Source of the DNA: Caedimonas varicaedens
Lineage (GTDB): Bacteria; Pseudomonadota; Alphaproteobacteria; Caedimonadales; Caedimonadaceae
Direction: 5' to 3'
DNA length: 10,899 bases
Assembly (NCBI GenBank): GCA_001192655.1
Contig: BBVC01000001.1
Coordinates: forward strand, 1 to 10,899
A program made the translations under genes and the position numbers. Shown here piece after piece: positions 7,401-10,899 of the stretch; the stretch's first letter is position 1; every line of letters begins with the position of its first letter. The notes under the pieces were generated by a model. That model did no database searches. It was not told the origin of the DNA and was given only the letters and a program-made list of their open reading frames with translations.

Positions 7401-8006
7401 GTCATCTGTGCGGATGCCGATGCAGAAAATTCTCCTGCCCGCAAAACTGTTGAAGAGGCAGCGTCTTTCCTGAAAGACCAGGGCTTAGCTGTTTCTGTCA
7501 TCCGTCCTGACCTCACCAAGGGAGACTTCAACGATATTCTCAGAAAAGAAGGAATTTCAGCCGTTCAGGCATACTTTAGAGATTATCTCAAAGATGGTCC
7601 TGAATTAACTTCGAAGGCTTCTCAACCAAAAGTGCCAACATCACCCCCCTCTCATTCGCCTTATTGGGAAGAAGAATTTAAAAAGCAATATCTGGCGGCA
7701 CATCCCGAAAGAGCTACGCAAAAAACGATTACTCCTTCTCAAAGTACACCCCTGACGCCCTCACAAATTATCGGAAAGTTTAAGTTCCTGACAGAACAAA
7801 TCAATACCCTTGAGAATAAAAGCATCGTCGAACGTCTTACCAAAGAACGAAATAGCCTGGTGGCATTCATCCTTCAGGACAATACCCTTATGACCCGCAT
7901 CCGCCTCAGAGACAACACTGTAGCTACACACATAGCTCAAATAGCCGATTCTCTGAAGAAACAACAGGAGAGAACAATAAATCAAAAAATTGAGTTGGAA
8001 AGATGA
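4500..8006 (+). CDS. traA: traA 3' fragment ORF (1168 aa from a GTG in the track): SF1 helicase domain + Pro-rich linker + primase-like/Toprim domain + C-terminal tail
   Basis: Helicase motifs: Walker A GYAGAGKS (4572-4595), Walker B VLVLDEAG, GDGAQTQPIEAGAAF, and TIIKSQGIT...YVGMTRH (~5900-6000). Primase-like part: LRYGKSGSLAITLTGKKMGMWHDFERGEGGDLFQLV (~6700-6810). Toprim acidic motifs: LAEGVETALS (E at 7278-7280 and 7287-7289) and CADADAE (7407-7427). The true N-terminus lies upstream, so this is a gene fragment. Confidence 0.85.
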   Translation: MGFRRIRKKRLRHLTKGDRLSCIVGYAGAGKSAILEAAKEAWEASGYRVYGLSPFGKAAENLQKKGIPSQTLHKFLKSYHNGRSHYHVKSVLVLDEAGSVDVTRFQEFLAAVEHLGVKAVVVGDGAQTQPIEAGAAFRLVTSRMGLRKIETVVRQKETWQREASRLFGTYETRQALQMYQDRGHVQFVEEKIPDLQGLMAQEKHREIVECYNLSRRLCGNIYHKISEEAESKNLSSQETFVFLKKHQDYAVFKHWQTLRRSASDSILSHLEDCRPLMKELGVDPLKFAGQFVQRDRDVSSQNTQASQLVKFWNLPTPDPETLPHQCEVRAETKKEMVRQWAVSLKEFPDQSHVMLTYTNRDTASLNHEARHLMKQQRVVSLEEYVCTLRREDKDDFGRIVVTEEQKPFARGDQIVFTRNDNSLNVKNGTLGTIEEINSRKIRVKLEGEERHVSFALRLYPYFDYGWAVTIIKSQGITADRVFKLATYEENRNLAYVGMTRHHLSLKVFGSKLDFWRNDVFLDRLSSSKEKLLGLDYISQEEAARRLQPSHSKLAQALEKLGHQMDAIEFISRKGWERIAERFLGQTPRKENIQIPQESLEEAKRARLMGVHPGKISLKEKIVLKSAVLQQAGKLPPKTLTEAEMTAVFHPEPTAPVSPALSLKSGKMPHTFLSPTTPSPSPEQTTEKPQRRFAPDPQPLYRVEDVRRNLTSYSVEYLCTHLLGNSNPHLSNKRQLRYGKSGSLAITLTGKKMGMWHDFERGEGGDLFQLVQRERGGEFKEALAYVAEALRISPEHLLPRPTLSQKDDDTLKEERRRQKVQNLCNATIPLQGTLAETYLRKHRGIRGTLPADLQFIKSHYNYIAGKSFPVLAALARNKTGKVTGVQLVFLDRWTGQKAKADLTKQSVGSFIGSPVQIQKGSGVIFLAEGVETALSLKEAGLKGDIYATLSVSNIQGMGAFLQDKSRPVVICADADAENSPARKTVEEAASFLKDQGLAVSVIRPDLTKGDFNDILRKEGISAVQAYFRDYLKDGPELTSKASQPKVPTSPPSHSPYWEEEFKKQYLAAHPERATQKTITPSQSTPLTPSQIIGKFKFLTEQINTLENKSIVERLTKERNSLVAFILQDNTLMTRIRLRDNTVATHIAQIADSLKKQQERTINQKIELER

Positions 8007-8090
8007 AATTTCCAAAGATCGCCTAGCAAGTCTCTTAACATAATTCTTTAAATATAGATGAGGTTAAAATAGGTTATAAAATGTATGTTT

Positions 8091-8528
8091 CTACAACGCC
8101 CTTTGATAAGCACTATCAAAACTACAATGATAAACTTTTCTACAATATGCTTTTATCGCATCTTGTAAGCGCTCCAATTTAATTATATCGTCTTCTATCT
8201 TAGATATTTCTATATTAAAAAAATCTTTTGTTAGTTCATTATTTTGTAAGAATTTTATCCAAAGTTTGGCGACTTCTTGTTTGAGTTTCGTCCCCAAAGG
8301 AGCTATACGAGAACACGTCGCCAATAAAAACATAAGCGTTAAAACAGGATTTTTATCCCCTTTCTCATATTTCTTGACTAATTCTTCTGGAAAACGAGGA
8401 ACATTAATTACCTCATAACTATCAATAATATTATTGAAGTCTGGATTTCTTTTTTTTAAAGATTTTATATAATCGCTATAAACGTTAGTTTCAATCTCAT
8501 CAGGCCTGATAGTATGTCCATGTTGCAT
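8091..8528 (-). CDS. Hypothetical protein, 145 aa, in a very AT-rich islet (no family recognised)
   Basis: AAAGGA lies 7-8 nt upstream of ATG 8528-8526 (minus). A 145-codon open frame is unlikely by chance in DNA this AT-rich (17/60 G+C in 8101-8160 by hand count). It is convergent with traA. Confidence 0.6.
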   Translation of the reverse strand: MQHGHTIRPDEIETNVYSDYIKSLKKRNPDFNNIIDSYEVINVPRFPEELVKKYEKGDKNPVLTLMFLLATCSRIAPLGTKLKQEVAKLWIKFLQNNELTKDFFNIEISKIEDDIIKLERLQDAIKAYCRKVYHCSFDSAYQRAL

Positions 8529-8770
8529 TTATATTTCCTTTAGTAATATGATGTATTATTGAAAGACATACTTTCAAATTTAGGGAGCTAAGTCAAGTAA
8601 TATTTTAGTGGTACCTACAGTTGAAATGATCGCTCCTTGCAGCAAGCTGCGAGGTATCCAAACGGATTAGATTTTTATGTCTCGAAGCGGAGCTTCGGGG
8701 AATCTGACCCAAAAGAGCTTAAAAAATAAGGAAATTATTTTCCATTTATCCACAGTTAGAGTTAATTTAA

Positions 8771-10899
8771 ATGACATCTCAAAGTGAATCTTTATCCGGT
8801 CTTGTGGAAAAAGTCACGTATCATAATGCGGATACGGGGTATTGTGTGCTGCGAATTAAGGCAGAGCGACAGAAAGATTTGGTGACAGTAGTGGGTCATG
8901 CCAATGCCGTTTCTGCGGGAGAATTCATTCAAGTCTCTGGACAGTGGCTCAATGACAAAAACTATGGTCTGCAATTCAAAGCTTCTTTTCTGAAAGCCTG
9001 CGCCCCAACTACGGAAGAAGGGATTGAGAAATATCTCGGTTCCGGCCTGATTAAAGGCATTGGCCCCGTGTATGGCAAGAAGCTGGTGCAGGCGTTTGGT
9101 GTTGAAGTCTTTAACATCATCGAGAATACACCGGATGTCCTTCAAACTGTGGCCGGTATCGGCCCGCATCGTGCCAGGATGATTATTAAAGGTTGGCAGG
9201 ATCAAAAGGCCATTCGGGAGATCATGCTCTTTCTCTATCAACATAGCATCAGTACCGCTCGTGCTGTCAGGATTTACAAGACTTATGGTGGAGATGCCAT
9301 TCGGGTTATTTCAGAAGATCCCTATTGCCTGGCACGAGATATTCGAGGCATCGGCTTTAAATCGGCGGATCAAATTGCTCAGAAAGTAGGAATTGCCAAA
9401 GACTCTCCTCTGAGAGCGCGAGCGGGCATTGCTCACATTCTGTTGGAAGCCACTGAAGAAGGGCATTGTGGACTACCGGAGAAAGATTTACTGGCCAATG
9501 TGGTGAAGACTCTTGAAATTCCTCTTTCTATTGTTCAGGAAGCTTTGGAAGAAGAAAACAGGCGAGGAGACGTTATCCGTGATCTTCTGGAAGAAGAGAC
9601 CTGTATTTTTCTGAGAGGGCTTTATCAGGCAGAAGCCAACATTGCCCGCTTGCTCAGGGAACTCAACAAGGGAGCTTTACCCTGGAATATTCAGGAAATT
9701 GATAAAGCCATAGGCTGGTCAGAAGAAAAGCTGGGAATTTTCTTAGCTCAAAGCCAGAAAGAGGCTTTGAAGCAAGCTCTTGTTTCAAAAATCATGGTGA
9801 TCACGGGTGGCCCAGGAGTCGGAAAGACCACCCTGATTAAAAGCTTGCTCACCATTTTATCAGCCAAAAAGCTGAGAATTATGCTCTGCGCCCCTACAGG
9901 GCGAGCCGCTAAAAGATTGTCTGAAACCACAGGGCTGGAAGCCAAAACCCTTCATCGTCTGTTAGAAACAGATCCCGCTTCTCATCGGTTCAAACGAGAT
10001 ACGGATAACCCCTTACCTTGTGACCTTCTAGTAGTCGATGAGGTCTCTATGATTGATGTACCACTGATGAATTCTCTTTTAAAAGCATTACCCCTGAATG
10101 CAGCGTTAATTCTGGTAGGAGATGCCGATCAGCTTCCATCGGTAGGAGCAGGCGATGTTCTGAAAGCGCTTCTGGAATCCCATGCTTATCCTGTAGCAAG
10201 GCTCACAGAGATCTTCAGACAATCTGCCCAAAGTCGCATTATCCTTAATGCCCATCGTATTAATCAGGGCATCATGCCCCTTGAAACGTCTCCGGAATCA
10301 TCGTCTGATTTTTACTTTATTCCTGCTCGTGATCCTGAAGACTGCAAGCAAAAGCTGATCGACATTGTTCAGAACCGCATTCCGAAAAAGTTTGGCTTTC
10401 ATCCTGTCAATGACATTCAGATTCTCTGTCCCATGAACCGCGGCGGTGTCGGAGCCAGATCATTGAACATCGAGCTTCAACAGGCTCTCAATCCATCTTC
10501 TGATCCCAAAGTCGAACGATTTGGCTTTACCTATGGCATCGGCGATAAAGTTATGCAAATGGCCAACAATTACGACAAAGATGTTTACAATGGCGACATT
10601 GGATTTATCCGCCATATCGACCCTGATGCCCAGGAACTCACCATTACCTTTGATGAAAAAAGTGTGACCTATGATTTTGGAGAACTGGATGAAGTAGTTC
10701 TGGCCTATGCCACAACGATCCATAAATCTCAGGGTTCTGAGTATCCTGCTATTGTTATCCCTCTCATGATCCAGCATTTCCCCATGCTGAAGCGGAATCT
10801 GCTTTACACAGGCATCACCCGTGGCAAGAAGCTTGTGGTAGTGATCGGGGAGAAAAAAGCCCTCGCCATTGCTATCAAAGATCGCCAGACCAAAAAGAG
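8771..10899 (+). CDS. recD2: ATP-dependent RecD2-like (RecD/TraA-family, SF1B) DNA helicase, 3'-partial (runs off the window)
   Basis: I translated the frame by hand from ATG 8771 (in-frame TAA at 8768-8770) to 10899 and found no stop in 709 codons. Sequence landmarks: MTSQSESLSGLVEKVTYHNADTGYCVLRIK; GIGPVYGKKLV and GIGPHRARMI (helix-hairpin-helix-like); Walker A GGPGVGKT (9806-9829); LLVVDEVSM; LVGDADQLPSVGAG; ATTIHKSQGSEYP; LLYTGITRGKK. It is not in the supplied track because no stop lies in the window. Confidence 0.92.
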   Translation, partial: MTSQSESLSGLVEKVTYHNADTGYCVLRIKAERQKDLVTVVGHANAVSAGEFIQVSGQWLNDKNYGLQFKASFLKACAPTTEEGIEKYLGSGLIKGIGPVYGKKLVQAFGVEVFNIIENTPDVLQTVAGIGPHRARMIIKGWQDQKAIREIMLFLYQHSISTARAVRIYKTYGGDAIRVISEDPYCLARDIRGIGFKSADQIAQKVGIAKDSPLRARAGIAHILLEATEEGHCGLPEKDLLANVVKTLEIPLSIVQEALEEENRRGDVIRDLLEEETCIFLRGLYQAEANIARLLRELNKGALPWNIQEIDKAIGWSEEKLGIFLAQSQKEALKQALVSKIMVITGGPGVGKTTLIKSLLTILSAKKLRIMLCAPTGRAAKRLSETTGLEAKTLHRLLETDPASHRFKRDTDNPLPCDLLVVDEVSMIDVPLMNSLLKALPLNAALILVGDADQLPSVGAGDVLKALLESHAYPVARLTEIFRQSAQSRIILNAHRINQGIMPLETSPESSSDFYFIPARDPEDCKQKLIDIVQNRIPKKFGFHPVNDIQILCPMNRGGVGARSLNIELQQALNPSSDPKVERFGFTYGIGDKVMQMANNYDKDVYNGDIGFIRHIDPDAQELTITFDEKSVTYDFGELDEVVLAYATTIHKSQGSEYPAIVIPLMIQHFPMLKRNLLYTGITRGKKLVVVIGEKKALAIAIKDRQTKK

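Larger units (their letters stand above)
2420..8006 (+). pseudogene. traA: Ti-type conjugative relaxase TraA (MobA/MobL MOBQ relaxase + SF1 helicase + C-terminal primase-like Toprim module), disrupted by an IS insertion and two frameshifts
   Basis: The homologous reading runs through four segments. 2420-3267 (frame 2): MAIYSFTIRIISRS..ALAYRAG..NSHCHVLLL..DHRSYTEQGIDLEPQPKLG. 3268-3332 (frame 1): EIVTKHQSTFMWGDVERVLSKY. Then the IS at 3333-4234 plus TA. 4237-4528: IHEDALFHRLNTKLKASKEW..VYTTRTLLQKELDLVRLAE..FSEDQKEA. 4530-8006: LRHLTKGDRLSCIVGYAGAGKS..VLVLDEAG..VVVGDGAQTQPIEAGAAF..TIIKSQGIT..YVGMTRH, then a Pro-rich linker, then Toprim. Confidence 0.9.

Noticed and set aside
2576-8015. Alternative-frame and antisense ORFs inside traA and the IS: 2576-3067, 2596-2832, 3009-3194, 3015-3218, 3127-3345, 3336-3590, 3379-3582, 3706-3891, 3915-4145, 4218-4435, 4557-4841, 4870-5064, 5119-5310, 5352-6005, 6093-6531, 6864-7250, 6997-7305 and 7761-8015
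   Set aside because: All are shadowed by frames with clear family-level motifs (relaxase, helicase, Toprim, transposase). None has an SD or a recognisable domain.
8677-8787. 36-aa plus-strand small ORF (MSRSGASGNLTQKSLKNKEIIF...) overlapping the recD2 start
   Set aside because: It has no SD, overlaps recD2 out of frame, and has nothing to distinguish it from chance.
8792-10777. Minus-strand track ORFs 8792-9244, 9748-9945 and 10460-10777
   Set aside because: They are antisense to the uninterrupted RecD2 reading frame, which carries every SF1B motif.
1-10899. Search by eye for tRNA (T-arm GGTTCGAATCC-like), rRNA, tmRNA, RNase P or SRP signatures, and for CRISPR-like regularly spaced repeats
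   Set aside because: None seen. The only repeats are the IS copies, the IS terminal inverted repeats, the 12-bp duplication, and the short motifs listed above. A covariance-model scan would be needed to exclude small RNAs.

Overview
This window is a junction of decayed mobile DNA next to a housekeeping-type helicase gene. From left to right:
(1) The last 192 nt of an IS630-family IS, cut by the window edge.
(2) About 330 nt with no credible gene (197-528).
(3) An intact Rpn/YhgA-like PD-(D/E)XK nuclease gene (529-1434, minus).
(4) A divergent intergenic region whose core (1501-1740) is about 60% GC and packed with hairpins and C6-C7 tracts.
(5) A 131-aa orphan ORF with a strong RBS (1767-2162, plus).
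(6) A Ti-type traA gene (2420-8006, plus) with a relaxase + SF1 helicase + Toprim architecture. It is a pseudogene. A complete 902-bp IS630 copy (3333-4234, TA target duplication) splits it, and it carries two compensating frameshifts (~3268 and ~4529).
(7) A very AT-rich islet with a 145-aa orphan ORF (8091-8528, minus).
(8) A RecD2-type SF1B helicase gene (8771 to beyond 10899, plus). The supplied ORF track omits it because it has no stop codon inside the window.
I saw no rRNA, tRNA or CRISPR array. I could not support a complete novel multi-gene system. The unexplained items most worth follow-up are:
- the GC-rich structured island;
- the palindromes upstream of traA (candidate oriT or operator);
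- the rpn gene, with a possible intragenic small ORF and a fresh 12-bp duplication;
- the two orphan ORFs.
Rpn nuclease + IS630 + Ti-type TraA with a primase-like tail looks like an integrated conjugative or mobilisable element remnant. The host taxon cannot be assigned from sequence alone.
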